Source: Myxococcales bacterium (GTDB lineage Bacteria; Myxococcota_A; Polyangia; Polyangiales; Houyiibacteriaceae). Taken from it: a stretch of DNA of 64,000 bases. The position numbers and the translations under genes are program-made. Position 1 is the stretch's first letter, and each line of letters opens with the position of its first letter. The notes under the pieces were generated by a model. It made no database searches. It was not told the origin of the DNA and saw nothing but the letters and a program-made list of their open reading frames with translations. Below, one piece after another: positions 11,794-22,356 of the stretch. The stretch spans positions 26,257 to 90,256 of the forward strand of contig JAHEEE010000003.1 in assembly GCA_024640845.1 (NCBI GenBank), written 5' to 3'.

Positions 11794-13148
11794 CCCGTCT
11801 CCTCGGTGATGTCTGCGCCGAGCGATCGCATCAGGGCAACGAAGCCCGGAAAGCTCGTGTCGACCGCCTCCGCGCCGTCGATGATGGATTCGCCCTCGGC
11901 GACAAGCCCGAGCAAGGACGCTGCCATCGCGATGCGATGGTCGCCCCGGCTGTCGATGTGTGCGCCCTGAAGCGACGCGCCCCCCGTCACGATCAAGCCG
12001 TCGGGTAGCTCCTCGCAGGGCACCCCGAACGCGCCGAGCACCTGCGCCATGGTGGCGATCCGATCGCTCTCTTTGACCCGTAGCTCGGCGGCATCGCGAA
12101 TCTCGGTCTTGCCGGCGGAGGTAGCGGCGAGCGCGCAGACTGCGGGGATCTCGTCAATCATGCGAACGACGAGCTCACCGCCCGCGATCGAGCCGCGGAT
12201 GGAAGCATGCGTGACGCGCAGCTCCGCCATCGGTTCGTCACCTGCGCCATGACCGCTCGGCCGTCGTTCGCATCGCGCGCCGATGAGCCGCAACCAATCG
12301 AACAGCCCCGTGCGTGTCGGGTTTACGCAGACGTCTTGGACGCTGACCTCGCTCCCCCGAACCATCGCCGCGGCGAGCAGCGGAAACGCGGCGCTCGAGG
12401 GGTCGCCCGGCACGTGCCACTCGAATGGCTCCCACCCGCCAGCCCAGTCTTCGTTGGGGTCCAGGACGACCGAGGCGCCGGCGGTCTGAACCGGAACGCC
12501 GAGCGAGAGCATCATGCGCTCCGTGTGGTCGCGCGAGAGCACCGGCTCCTCGAGGATCGTTGGGCCGGCGGCGTAGAGCCCGCTGAGAAGAAGCGCGCTC
12601 TTCACCTGCGCGCTTGCGACGGGCATCTTGTATTCGATGCCCTTTAGCTCTTCCCCTTCGACCAGTGGCGCGATCGAAATCGGCGGGTAGAGCTCGTCGG
12701 GTTTGGCCCCCGCGGTGCCTGCGATGTGGGCGCCGCGCGCGCGCAGCGGTTCGATGACCCGACTCATCGGACGACGGGTGAGCGACGCATCGCCAACCAT
12801 GCGGGATCCAAAGCGTTGGCCGCTCAGAAGGCCAGCGAGCAATCGCATGGTCGTGCCAGAGTTGCCGCAGTCCACCACGTCGCGTGGCATCCTTAAGCCG
12901 CGCAAGCCAACGCCCTGGATGGTGGTCGCCTCGGCGTCCCTCTCGATCACGACGCCCATCGAGCGAAACGCCTGGCGGGTGGCTTGATTGTCGAGCCCCT
13001 CCGAGAGTCCGGTGACCCGGGAAGCCCCGCGCCCAAGCGCCCCGAAGATCAAGCTCCGATGGCCGATCGATTTGTCGCCGGGGACCCGAACGCTGCCCCG
13101 GAGCGGACCCGAACGGCGGACCCGGTATCGCTTGCGGACACTATGCAC
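11790..13148 (-). CDS. aroA: 3-phosphoshikimate 1-carboxyvinyltransferase (EPSP synthase)
   Basis: Contains the VPGDKSIGHR motif. 452 aa, GTG start. Confidence 0.95.
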   Translation of the reverse strand: MHSVRKRYRVRRSGPLRGSVRVPGDKSIGHRSLIFGALGRGASRVTGLSEGLDNQATRQAFRSMGVVIERDAEATTIQGVGLRGLRMPRDVVDCGNSGTTMRLLAGLLSGQRFGSRMVGDASLTRRPMSRVIEPLRARGAHIAGTAGAKPDELYPPISIAPLVEGEELKGIEYKMPVASAQVKSALLLSGLYAAGPTILEEPVLSRDHTERMMLSLGVPVQTAGASVVLDPNEDWAGGWEPFEWHVPGDPSSAAFPLLAAAMVRGSEVSVQDVCVNPTRTGLFDWLRLIGARCERRPSGHGAGDEPMAELRVTHASIRGSIAGGELVVRMIDEIPAVCALAATSAGKTEIRDAAELRVKESDRIATMAQVLGAFGVPCEELPDGLIVTGGASLQGAHIDSRGDHRIAMAASLLGLVAEGESIIDGAEAVDTSFPGFVALMRSLGADITEETG

Positions 13149-14241
13149 GCGACTCCCTTAGCACGCGCTCGAGGGAGTCGAGAAAACGTTGGTTTTCGCC
13201 AGGCCGGCCGACGGTCACGCGAAGCCAGTGGTCGAGTGGCGGTGGCATCGGACGCACGATGACGCCTTCTTGCAACAGGGCCTCGTACACCGCCCGCCCC
13301 GGCCGCCCGACGTCGACCAAGACGAAGTTCGCTTGGCTCGGCGCCACCCGCAGACCGAAGGCTTCGAGTGCGGTCGTGAGCTTGGCCCGGTCCTCGACGG
13401 TGGCGGTCACCGTCTCGCGGAGATGCGCTTGGTCGCCGAGCGCGACGGCTGCGGCAGCCTGACCCGGGGTACTCACGTTGAATGGCGCGCGCAGTCGATT
13501 GAGGTGCGTGACGAGATCGGTGGTGCCGATGACGTAGCCCACCCGCAGCCCGGCCAATCCGTATGCCTTGGAGAAGGTTCGTAGAATCGCGAGCCTTTCA
13601 CGTGTATCGCGGAGCTCGGTTGCGGGAGCGAAATCGTCTGCGTCGACGTACTCGACATAAGCTTCGTCGACGACGGCAAGGACACGGCCCGGAAGCTCCC
13701 GTAGCAGGCGCGCGAGATCCGTACGGCCGATGTACGCGCCGGTAGGGTTGTTTGGGTTCGACACGAAGAGCAGCTTGGTCTCGTCCGTCACGGCCGCGAG
13801 CAGGTCGTCGACATTCCAGTATAGATGCTCGCGGAGCGGCACGGCGGTGAACCGCAGCTCCTGCGCGATCGACCCGATGCGATAGCAGGGAAACGAAGGG
13901 TGCCCAAAGACCGCGTGCTCCCCCCGGCCAGCGCAGACCCGGCAGATTAAGTCGATTATCTCGTTGGACCCGTTCCCCAGACAGATCTCAGCCGCCGAAA
14001 CGCGATGATGCGCCCCGAGCGCCTCGCGCAGGTGATGTCCGCGCGGGTCCGGGTAGCGGTGCAGCGCCAGCGTCTCCCCCGAGACGGCGGCCACCGCTTT
14101 GGGCGACGGCCCATAGGGGTTCTCGTTCGACGCGAGCTTGACGATATCCTCGAGCCCGAGCTCGCGGCGAAGCTCGTCTTCGGGTTTGCCCGGCTCGTAC
14201 GCCGTCAGCGCTAGAATGTGGGGGGCCGCGAGGTCGCTCAT
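13141..14241 (-). CDS. hisC: histidinol-phosphate aminotransferase
   Basis: LASNENPYGPSP, and the PLP-lysine region TFSKAYGLAGLRVGY. Confidence 0.93.
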   Translation of the reverse strand: MSDLAAPHILALTAYEPGKPEDELRRELGLEDIVKLASNENPYGPSPKAVAAVSGETLALHRYPDPRGHHLREALGAHHRVSAAEICLGNGSNEIIDLICRVCAGRGEHAVFGHPSFPCYRIGSIAQELRFTAVPLREHLYWNVDDLLAAVTDETKLLFVSNPNNPTGAYIGRTDLARLLRELPGRVLAVVDEAYVEYVDADDFAPATELRDTRERLAILRTFSKAYGLAGLRVGYVIGTTDLVTHLNRLRAPFNVSTPGQAAAAVALGDQAHLRETVTATVEDRAKLTTALEAFGLRVAPSQANFVLVDVGRPGRAVYEALLQEGVIVRPMPPPLDHWLRVTVGRPGENQRFLDSLERVLRESRA

Positions 14242-14250
14242 GTGTCTCGG

Positions 14251-15318
14251 TCAGCTCGGTCGGGGATAGCTCCCGAGGACCTTGGCATAGCGTGCGATGC
14301 GGCGCAGCTCCTCGACCGCAGTCAGGATGGCGCGGTCGGTGACGTGCCCGTCCATTTCCAGGAAGAAGACGTGCCTCCACTCCGCATTTTTCGCCGAGCG
14401 CGACTCGATTCGCGTCAGGTTGATCTCTCGGTCCGCCAGGGGACGAAGCGCTCGGTGAAGGGCGCCCGGGTCGTCACCTGGCGCCATCGCGATCATCGTT
14501 CGGTCTTTCCCAGTCCGCGACGGGAGCCGGTTGCCGACGATTCCAAATCGAGTTTGCGCCGCCGAGTCGTTTTCGAGTCGGTCGTCGATCAGCTTCAGCG
14601 GGTGGAGCTCTTTGAGCAGGGGCGAGCCGAGCGCGGCGGATTGGTCGTCGCCCAGGGCAAAGTGCGCCGCCGCTTCGCCCGATTGCACGTCCACGAGGAT
14701 GGCGTCCGGGTACCGCGATCGAAGTTGGCGCTCGCATGCGGCAATGGCTTGCGGCGAGCCGTAGATCTTCAGTACATCCGACGCTTCGCCCGATTGCGAC
14801 AGCAGCTGGTAGCGCAGTGGCACGACGCGCTCGGCGCATAGCTTTGCGTCGGTTGCGACGAGGCCGTTGAGTGTGGCCGTGATGGCACCGTCGCTCGATG
14901 TCTCCAGCGGGACCACGCCAAAGGTGGCGTGCCCGTGGATGACCGACTCGAGAACGGCGGTGACCGACTCGCTAGGCCGGAAGCTCGGGGCGTGGCCGAA
15001 ATAGTCGCGAGCGGCCGCGTGCGCGAGATCCCCTGGCGCTCCGAAATACGCGACGACGTCGGGCGTGATGAGGCGCGTGCACGCCGATAGCACTTCCCTG
15101 AACACCGGTTCGATGCTCTCGACCGGGAACTCCTCGGCGAGTGCGCGCGCACTTGCGATGACGGAAGCCTTCTTTGGGATACGCAAGGGCTCGTCCCGGG
15201 CGCCCTCGCGGAGCGCGTTGTACTCGTGGATCGCTTTCGCGCGCGCGTTCAACCCGCTCACGATCTGCCGATCGGCCTCCTCGAGCGCTTCCGTGATGTG
15301 GCGAAGACGATCGTCCAT
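14251..15318 (-). CDS. pheA: bifunctional chorismate mutase / prephenate dehydratase
   Basis: N-terminal chorismate mutase helix region, a prephenate dehydratase core, and a C-terminal ACT region (GALHRALRPLADREINLTRIESRS). Confidence 0.9.
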   Translation of the reverse strand: MDDRLRHITEALEEADRQIVSGLNARAKAIHEYNALREGARDEPLRIPKKASVIASARALAEEFPVESIEPVFREVLSACTRLITPDVVAYFGAPGDLAHAAARDYFGHAPSFRPSESVTAVLESVIHGHATFGVVPLETSSDGAITATLNGLVATDAKLCAERVVPLRYQLLSQSGEASDVLKIYGSPQAIAACERQLRSRYPDAILVDVQSGEAAAHFALGDDQSAALGSPLLKELHPLKLIDDRLENDSAAQTRFGIVGNRLPSRTGKDRTMIAMAPGDDPGALHRALRPLADREINLTRIESRSAKNAEWRHVFFLEMDGHVTDRAILTAVEELRRIARYAKVLGSYPRPS

Positions 15319-15371
15319 GGCTCCGATGGTAACAGGCGGCCGAACGAGCGTATACCGCCGCCCGGTGTTCG

Positions 15372-17945
15372 CTACTCATCGCGTCGCTGCGCGAGGTCGC
15401 GCAACCTCGCCAGGGTGACGAGGGCATCGACCGGCGTCATCCGTTCGACGTCGAGTGCGCGCAACGTCGCCTCGACCTCGGAGTCCGGTGCCGGCGGGGT
15501 CTCGAACAGGGGCATCTGTGGCGCCGGGGACGACTCGGCCCGAGTTTCGAGCTCGCGAAGCTTCGCCTTCGCGCGGGCAAGAACGACCGGAGGGACGCCG
15601 GCGAGCCTAGCAACAGCCAGCCCATAGCTCCGGTTCGAACCCCCTGGGACCAATTGATGCAGGAGCACCATCCTGTCATCATGCTCTTTTGCCGCGACGT
15701 TGTAGTTCGCAGCGTTCGGGAGCCGATCGGCCAACTCACATAGCTCGTGGTAGTGCGTCGCGAAGATCGCCCGGCAACGCGTTGCGTCGTGGAGGTGCTC
15801 GGCGACGGCCCATGCGATCGCAAGGCCGTCATACGTGCTCGTCCCACGGCCGATCTCGTCGAGGATGACGAACGACCGTTCGGTGGCGCCGCGGAGGATC
15901 GCTGACGCCTCGGTCATCTCGACCATGAAGGTGCTTTGGCCTCGCGCGAGCTGATCGCTCGCCCCGACTCGGGTGTAGACCCGGTCGACGACCCCGATGC
16001 GCGCCGATTTGGCGGCCACGAAGCCTCCAGCCTGCGCCATGATCACCGCTAGCGCCGCTTGCCGCATCGCGGTGGACTTCCCCGCCATGTTGGGGCCGGT
16101 GAGAAGCATGAAGCGAGTGCCCTCCGGATCGAGCTCGATCGTATTGGGCACGAAGCCGTCCTTCGCGGCGTAGCACTCGACGGTCGGATGCCGGCTGTCT
16201 TCGAGGTAGAGGTCCCGGCTGGGATCGACCGTAGGGCGAACGTACCCGCGAACATGAGCGACCTCCGCGAGCGCTGTCGCAACGTCGATGGCGGCGATGA
16301 CCCGCGCGAGCCGATGGAGACGGGGAGCTGCATCCCCCACCCTTGTCCGCAGCTCGACGAATGCCGACGACTCGAGCGCGCGAGCGCGTTCATCTGCGTG
16401 GAGAATACGGTCCTGCAGCTCGGCGAGCTCGGCCGTAATGAAACGCTCGCCGTTCGCAATCGTCTGTTTGCGAACATAGTCGTCGGGCACGGCGTCTAAC
16501 TTCGATTTCGTGATCTCGATGTAGTAACCGAAGACCCTGGTGAACTTGATCTTGAGCGACGCGATGCCGGTGCGCTCCTTTTCGCGCCGTTCGAGGTCGA
16601 GGACGATGTCCTTTGCCGTGGTCGACAAGCGACGGAGCTCGTCGAGCTCCTCGAGGTGGCCTTCCGCGAAGATCCCACCTTGTCGATCGATTGCCGGGGG
16701 CTCTGCGACGAGCGCGCGCTCGAGAAGGGCGAGCACATCGGCACACAAGTCAGCGTCGTGTAAGTCCTCAAGCGCATCGTCCAGGTCTCGCCCAGGCAGG
16801 CTGGAGAGCTGCTCGTGGAGCGCCTGCGCGCTCCGGAGGCTGTTGCGAATCACGCCGAGGTCGCGCGGAGTTGCCAGGCCGACCGCGGTGCGCACTGCGA
16901 GGCGTTCGAGGTCGCCAATCTCCGCGAGGAGAGCCCTCGCCTGGTCGCGCGCACGGGCGTCACAAAAGAAGATCTCGATTGCGTCGTGGCGGCGGCGGAT
17001 CCTTTCGATGTCGGTCAGAGGCTCCAGCAGCCGCGATCGAAGCGCGCGCGCGCCCATCGACGTCTTGGTGTGGTCGAGCAGGTGCAATACCGAGCCGCGC
17101 CGCTCGCCGTCGAGCGTCCGCACCAGCTCTAGGTTCCTCACCGCCGCATCGTCCAGCACCAGGCGGTCGCCCGCGGTGTAGAGCGTCGCGAGGTGAATGT
17201 GCGAGTGCGCGAGATGCGCCTTGGCGTAGTCGAGGACGAGGGACGCGGCGCGCGCCGCAGCAGGCTCCGCCGAAAGCTCCTTTACCTGTTCTCCGGTCAG
17301 CGCTTGTTCGAGGGTCGTCGCCCCGAAGGAGGGCGACACGATGCGCAGTGCTGCGTTCGGGAGACTCTGACGGCATGAGGTTTCGAGGTCCGCGGCGTCC
17401 GCCTCCACCAAGACCTCCGCAGGGTCCAGTCGAACGAGCTCGCCGACCCACTGAGGCCCGATCTCGACGACGCACGCGCGCAACGTCCCAGTCGACAGCT
17501 CGAGCGCTGCGATGCCACCCTCCGCGGTGAGGGCGACGAGGAAGTTCTCGGCGCGCGCGTCGAGGGCGTCGGGCTCCAGACATAGCCCGGGTGTGACTAC
17601 CCTGACGACCTCTCGCGGGACGACGCCGCGCGCGCTCGAGGGGTCGCCCACTTGCTCGCAGATAGCGACCTTCTCACCGGCGCGGAGCAGGGTTGCAAGA
17701 TAGCCGGCAGCCGCGTGATGCGGCACACCGGCCATCGGGATCTTGTTGCCGTCGGGCCCGGTACCACGCGAGGTCAGCGCGATGTCGAGGATCTCGGCCG
17801 CGCGACCGGCATCCTCGTAGAACATCTCGTAAAAGTCCCCGAGTCGGAAGAATACGATCGCGTCTGGATGCTGCGCCTTCGCGGCCAAGAACTGACGCAT
17901 GACCGGCGTGTGGTCTTTTTTCCGCCCCGTACGCCGTCCACCCAT
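15372..17945 (-). CDS. mutS: DNA mismatch repair protein MutS
   Basis: TPVMRQF near the N-terminus and Walker A TGPNMAGKST. 857 aa. Confidence 0.97.
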   Translation of the reverse strand: MGGRRTGRKKDHTPVMRQFLAAKAQHPDAIVFFRLGDFYEMFYEDAGRAAEILDIALTSRGTGPDGNKIPMAGVPHHAAAGYLATLLRAGEKVAICEQVGDPSSARGVVPREVVRVVTPGLCLEPDALDARAENFLVALTAEGGIAALELSTGTLRACVVEIGPQWVGELVRLDPAEVLVEADAADLETSCRQSLPNAALRIVSPSFGATTLEQALTGEQVKELSAEPAAARAASLVLDYAKAHLAHSHIHLATLYTAGDRLVLDDAAVRNLELVRTLDGERRGSVLHLLDHTKTSMGARALRSRLLEPLTDIERIRRRHDAIEIFFCDARARDQARALLAEIGDLERLAVRTAVGLATPRDLGVIRNSLRSAQALHEQLSSLPGRDLDDALEDLHDADLCADVLALLERALVAEPPAIDRQGGIFAEGHLEELDELRRLSTTAKDIVLDLERREKERTGIASLKIKFTRVFGYYIEITKSKLDAVPDDYVRKQTIANGERFITAELAELQDRILHADERARALESSAFVELRTRVGDAAPRLHRLARVIAAIDVATALAEVAHVRGYVRPTVDPSRDLYLEDSRHPTVECYAAKDGFVPNTIELDPEGTRFMLLTGPNMAGKSTAMRQAALAVIMAQAGGFVAAKSARIGVVDRVYTRVGASDQLARGQSTFMVEMTEASAILRGATERSFVILDEIGRGTSTYDGLAIAWAVAEHLHDATRCRAIFATHYHELCELADRLPNAANYNVAAKEHDDRMVLLHQLVPGGSNRSYGLAVARLAGVPPVVLARAKAKLRELETRAESSPAPQMPLFETPPAPDSEVEATLRALDVERMTPVDALVTLARLRDLAQRRDE

Positions 17946-17954
17946 GCACCGGGT

Positions 17955-20630
17955 CTAGTCAAAAGTCTGGACGATGGAAAGCGGAGAAAAGACGATCCTG
18001 CGCACGCCGGTCTCATAGTCGACGAAATAGAGCTCGTCGCGAAGCGTCGAAAAAAGCATCGAAGCCGGCAACGAAATCGGCGCGCCACCGCCGGTGTCGA
18101 GCACCTCGATGCCGAACTGGTTCAGAATGGCGAAGCTCGCGAGTGCGATCGTCGAGTCCGTGGGCGTCACGTCCGCGGCAAAGTCGCTGATCTGAAAACT
18201 CACCAGGGGGTTCACGAACTGGGTTCCCGGGAAGGCGCGTCCTGTCAGGTAGGTGTCGACGTCGTACGTGACATCAGGGCTGGTCGGAACATCGACCGGA
18301 CGGCTCGGGTCGAAGATGCAAAGGCCGTCTCGGGTCTCGTCGGGGATCACGCGGTTGATGAAGCCCGAGCTGCTGCCGACGACCGTGTACACGTTGCGCG
18401 TTTGGATCTGGTACTGGGTGTACTGGTTGAAGCACAGCTTGACCAGGTCCGTGAAATCCGTGCCTCTCGGAGAGGGTCCGATTTCGAGTTGGTCGTCGAA
18501 CGCTCGGATGATCGGGAACCAGACTTGGCGGTTGTCGACGTCTTCGGCGAGGTCTTCGAACTCTTGCGAGCATACTTCGAGGTCTCGCGTGTTCGGCGGA
18601 AGCTCCCCGACGATCACGAGGCGATCGCCCACGTAGGATTCGAGCTCGTCGATGCTGAGGCCGTTGCCGGTCGGTGTCCCATTCTGACGCCCGAGCACGC
18701 CGACCCGACAGAACGGCACGTCGCCCCCCAGGAACCAGTTTCCAGGTTCACCTTGGAACGATTCATCGGAGAACAGCCCGAGGCCACCCTCGGAGTCCGG
18801 GATCAGTCCTTGCCAGCGAGCATCCCATCGCTGCGAAAAGCTGCTCCAGACCTGCGAGGATGCACAGATTAATCCCTCGCCCGCCGTGCCCTGCGGGGGG
18901 ACACCAAAGACGTTGAATTGGGACAGGGGGCATTCGATGTAGTCGAGGCCCGGGCCGTCGGAGGCGATGGGAAGGCCGGTGATCTCGTCCAACACGCCTG
19001 GAGCAGCGTTGAACTGAATCGACGGTGAGCCATCGATGTCGATGAACGTGTTGGGGGTGAAGCCAAAGCGCCTTCGGTGTCTCCGAATGCTAGCCAGTCG
19101 ATCCGGTCCTGTCTCGGCGAGCGTGCAAGCGGTATTGCCTTCTCCGCCGCGACAAGGGGCGTTCAGATCGTAGATGTCCAAAAAGAACATCGTTCCGTTC
19201 GAAAGGCTGACGGCCAAAAAGACACCCCGCATGTTGCGCGGGTTGGCCGCCAACGACGCGGCGTCAGGGTCGCTGAGGCTGCAGATGTCGGTTTCCGAAT
19301 CGCCTTGGGGTATTTGGAGAACGCCGGTCGATGGGTCGACCTCGAGCGCATAAGACGGCGTGATGACCTCGATCGAGCGGGCGTTCGCGAATCCGGAGCG
19401 AACGCGGTTGCGGGACTCGACGTTCTCTTCGTCGGCCCGGGGGCTCTGCCCAGCAACGACGGGGAGCACGGCGCCGAAGGTCGTAGAGCCGGGGGTGTAG
19501 TCCACCGCCAACACGCTTCCGTCGAGCGCACCAACCGCATAGAGGTAGCGCTCCGTGGCGTCGCGGTCATCCGGATCGGAGCTCGCAGGAACGAAAGGTG
19601 TGACGTCGACATCGCTCGTTGGGCTCAGCGAGATGATCGGTGGCTGCTCCGTGGCTCCGTTTTGCCAGACGCCGAACCTGTGGATCACAGGCTGGTTCGC
19701 GTCCGCGACGAGCAAGATGTCGTCGACGGGGTTGTTGGGGTCGCCTGGGTCGATCGCCAGCGCCACGGGCAATGGTCTGTCACCGTTGCCTTCGGTACAC
19801 GGGGTGGTGGTCTGAACGTTCTTGACGTATCGACCCTCACCCCGGTTGTCGAAGTCCTCGGGACAAATGCGGTTGTAGATGTCGACGTCCGAGACCGGCG
19901 GAGGAACGGGGGTCACCGTGTCGCAGGTGTAGGTCGGGAGCTGCAGCGCGGTGACTGGGCCGAAGGTCTGCTCGCCCGTGTCGTCGTCGATGAAGACTTG
20001 GACTTGCGCGACTTGGCCCAGATCGGGAAGCGCGGCGTAGAGAAAGCGGTATTCGACTTCGGTTTTTACCACCGTCGTGCCGTCCTCCTCGACTTCGAAG
20101 TACCTGGCTTCCTCATGGAGCACGAGATCGGTCGGAGCGGCGTTGAAGCGGATCTCCTGGCGCTCGAGCACGTCGGCGGAGCCCGTGACCACCTCACGGG
20201 TGGAAATCGCCTGCAAGCTCTTGGGGCTGAAGCTGGTCACATAGCTGTAACGCGCGTCCACTTTCGAAACCTGGACCGCAGTCGGTTGCTCGCCGACCCT
20301 CAGCGCCGTCACGCCTGGAACGGTCACGTTGGTGTCGAAGATCGCCCCATTTGAAAAGTTGACGACCGCGAGTGTGCCGATTTCGGTCTGTGTCACTTCC
20401 CCGAGGAGCTGTGGTTGCGGGCCGTCCGTGGTGCTGTTGGTCTCTTGGCAGAGGTCCAGAGGAAGGGCGCCGTCAAAGCTATACAAGTTGCCGGTGAGCT
20501 GCTCCACCGTGCCGCATACGAGCGCAATCTTCTCGGAGCGATCCAGCGATGCCAGAACCACGTTGTTGGCATTGTTTTGACATGAGGCCAACAACAGCGT
20601 GCAAGTGACGAAGGCGGCGAAGCGAGTCAT
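17955..20630 (-). CDS. large putative lipoprotein, beta-propeller-like repeats, unknown function
   Basis: ATG at 20630 gives MTRFAAFVTCTLLLASC (lipobox LLASC) and forms an ATGA overlap with the upstream gene's stop. Recurrent strand-turn motifs are present (RYLYAVGALDGSVLAVDY, VFLAVSLSNGTMFFLDIYD, DELYFVDYETG). Confidence 0.75.
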   Translation of the reverse strand: MTRFAAFVTCTLLLASCQNNANNVVLASLDRSEKIALVCGTVEQLTGNLYSFDGALPLDLCQETNSTTDGPQPQLLGEVTQTEIGTLAVVNFSNGAIFDTNVTVPGVTALRVGEQPTAVQVSKVDARYSYVTSFSPKSLQAISTREVVTGSADVLERQEIRFNAAPTDLVLHEEARYFEVEEDGTTVVKTEVEYRFLYAALPDLGQVAQVQVFIDDDTGEQTFGPVTALQLPTYTCDTVTPVPPPVSDVDIYNRICPEDFDNRGEGRYVKNVQTTTPCTEGNGDRPLPVALAIDPGDPNNPVDDILLVADANQPVIHRFGVWQNGATEQPPIISLSPTSDVDVTPFVPASSDPDDRDATERYLYAVGALDGSVLAVDYTPGSTTFGAVLPVVAGQSPRADEENVESRNRVRSGFANARSIEVITPSYALEVDPSTGVLQIPQGDSETDICSLSDPDAASLAANPRNMRGVFLAVSLSNGTMFFLDIYDLNAPCRGGEGNTACTLAETGPDRLASIRRHRRRFGFTPNTFIDIDGSPSIQFNAAPGVLDEITGLPIASDGPGLDYIECPLSQFNVFGVPPQGTAGEGLICASSQVWSSFSQRWDARWQGLIPDSEGGLGLFSDESFQGEPGNWFLGGDVPFCRVGVLGRQNGTPTGNGLSIDELESYVGDRLVIVGELPPNTRDLEVCSQEFEDLAEDVDNRQVWFPIIRAFDDQLEIGPSPRGTDFTDLVKLCFNQYTQYQIQTRNVYTVVGSSSGFINRVIPDETRDGLCIFDPSRPVDVPTSPDVTYDVDTYLTGRAFPGTQFVNPLVSFQISDFAADVTPTDSTIALASFAILNQFGIEVLDTGGGAPISLPASMLFSTLRDELYFVDYETGVRRIVFSPLSIVQTFD

Positions 20631-22303
20631 CGTGGAAGCTCCGAGACCGGCTGCGGGAAGCCGACCAGGCCGAGGGGTCTCGGGGAACACTCCTGGGGGG
20701 CAACGCTGCCCTCGTCGAGACAGGCGACGAGCGGTCGGAGATCAGCCACGCGAAGCACGGACGTGCTGAAGTCGGCCGTGTACATCAGAAGTCGCGGTCC
20801 GTCGATGACGAACTGGAAGGCTCCACTGACATTGGTGAGCGTCGTCACGCCCTGACGCCTCTCGGTGTCGATTATGTTCACATTTCGCGAGAGGAAGCAG
20901 CTCACGAAAGCAAGTAGCACGGTGCCGCCTCGGGCTGGAACCTCGGCGAGCTGGACGCGGGACGGATCACGGCAGGTCGAAATCTCATCAATCATGGTGA
21001 GATTTTCACCCGCACTGTTGGTGCGCGCGACGAGTAGCGCCTCGGGAGAACGTGACACGATGTACGCCAGATTCTGGTCTGGTCGCGGATCAAACAGGAT
21101 GTCGCGATTGCTCGTGCCACGATCGAGACCGGTGACGAAGAGCGTGCCGGCATCGAACAGGTAGCTCTGCGTCGGATCTCCGTCGATGCCGATGCCCACG
21201 CGGACGATGGAGTTCGTGAGCGCGCTCGGGATCCAAGCGATCTTGGAGCCAGGTTGGCGCGTGATCGTCACCTGCTCGGGCGCGAGCCCCTCGACGGTAG
21301 CTGCGAAGCGAGGTCGCTTTTCCTCGGTTTGGTTGACACCCGGCTGCGGAACCTGGTCGATGAGAAGGCTTGCCCGGCCTTCGCGGTGCGCCACCAGGAT
21401 GTAGTCGCCGTTGAAAATGGGGTCGTCTTCCTGACCCTGTGGTGCGAAGTCGGCCGCCAGGTCACCGACGAATACGTCGACCGGGTCAGACGGGAACGCG
21501 ATGTCGACATCCGGGTTGACCTTCTCGCCGGCGCCGTCGCGGTACTTCCCCATGCAGGTCTGCTCGACGCCGAACGGTTCGCCGCAGCTCAGCTGGCCCT
21601 GTTCGTTGACGTCGATCCACGTGATGTTGGAGTCGCTCCGAACGGGAAGATAGAGGCGGCGGCCGTTCGTCGAGACCGCGAGCCCGTCGGAGAACGAGCC
21701 GATCGCCACCTGCCCGGTGATCAGTCCGTCGACGGGAACCAGTTTCAACAAGGCCTGGTCCGGAACGGGAAACTCGAAGTCGCCGGGAACCACGGAGCAG
21801 CGGTCCGGAGGCACGGCGGTGCACGTTGGGTCATCGGGCCCTGGGTCGCACTCGCACGCTGGGCTACTGACGTCGTCCTCCGAGTCCTCCTCGAGGCAAC
21901 TATTGAGGACTCCGATCGGCAGTGCACTGCACAGTGGGTCGAAAGGCTCGCACTGGCATTCGGGAAGCGCCGGGTCGAGGCCGACCTGGAGGCACTCCGT
22001 GAGCACCCAGCTACTGATACACCCCGATTCGATCCCACCGACTATCTTTTCGATGTCGTAGGCTTGGACGTTCCCCGAGTTGTATTGAAGCGCGAAGTTC
22101 GAGCTGGTGACGAAGAGAAACTTCGGCTTCCCTTCCGCATCCTCATCTGGCGACAGCTTGATCGCGATAGGAAAGGACATCAGCCCAGGAACCAGCGCGT
22201 CGCCGGTCCTGTTGACGCATCCGGTCGAGACCGTCCCGGACATAAGCAAGAACCCCAGAGTTAGCCAAAACGAGGCGCTCTGTGGGCCGAATCGCGACCC
22301 CAT
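20627..22303 (-). CDS. putative lipoprotein, YVTN/beta-propeller-like with a Cys-rich acidic insert, unknown function
   Basis: The signal peptide ends in VSTGC. It has YVTN-like repeats (DGLAVSTNGRRLYLPVRSDSNITWIDV). The Cys/Asp-rich insert is CQCEPFDPLCS...CECDPGPDDPTC. Confidence 0.75.
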   Translation of the reverse strand: MGSRFGPQSASFWLTLGFLLMSGTVSTGCVNRTGDALVPGLMSFPIAIKLSPDEDAEGKPKFLFVTSSNFALQYNSGNVQAYDIEKIVGGIESGCISSWVLTECLQVGLDPALPECQCEPFDPLCSALPIGVLNSCLEEDSEDDVSSPACECDPGPDDPTCTAVPPDRCSVVPGDFEFPVPDQALLKLVPVDGLITGQVAIGSFSDGLAVSTNGRRLYLPVRSDSNITWIDVNEQGQLSCGEPFGVEQTCMGKYRDGAGEKVNPDVDIAFPSDPVDVFVGDLAADFAPQGQEDDPIFNGDYILVAHREGRASLLIDQVPQPGVNQTEEKRPRFAATVEGLAPEQVTITRQPGSKIAWIPSALTNSIVRVGIGIDGDPTQSYLFDAGTLFVTGLDRGTSNRDILFDPRPDQNLAYIVSRSPEALLVARTNSAGENLTMIDEISTCRDPSRVQLAEVPARGGTVLLAFVSCFLSRNVNIIDTERRQGVTTLTNVSGAFQFVIDGPRLLMYTADFSTSVLRVADLRPLVACLDEGSVAPQECSPRPLGLVGFPQPVSELPR

Positions 22304-22356
22304 GGAGCGGCACCGTAGCCGTTCCCCCCACGGGGGGCAACTGGCAGGGAAGCGCG

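Noticed and set aside
15640-15655. tRNA-like GGTTCGAACCCC string.
   Set aside because: It lies inside the mutS coding frame with no flanking acceptor or anticodon arms. No intergenic tRNA-like sequences were seen.
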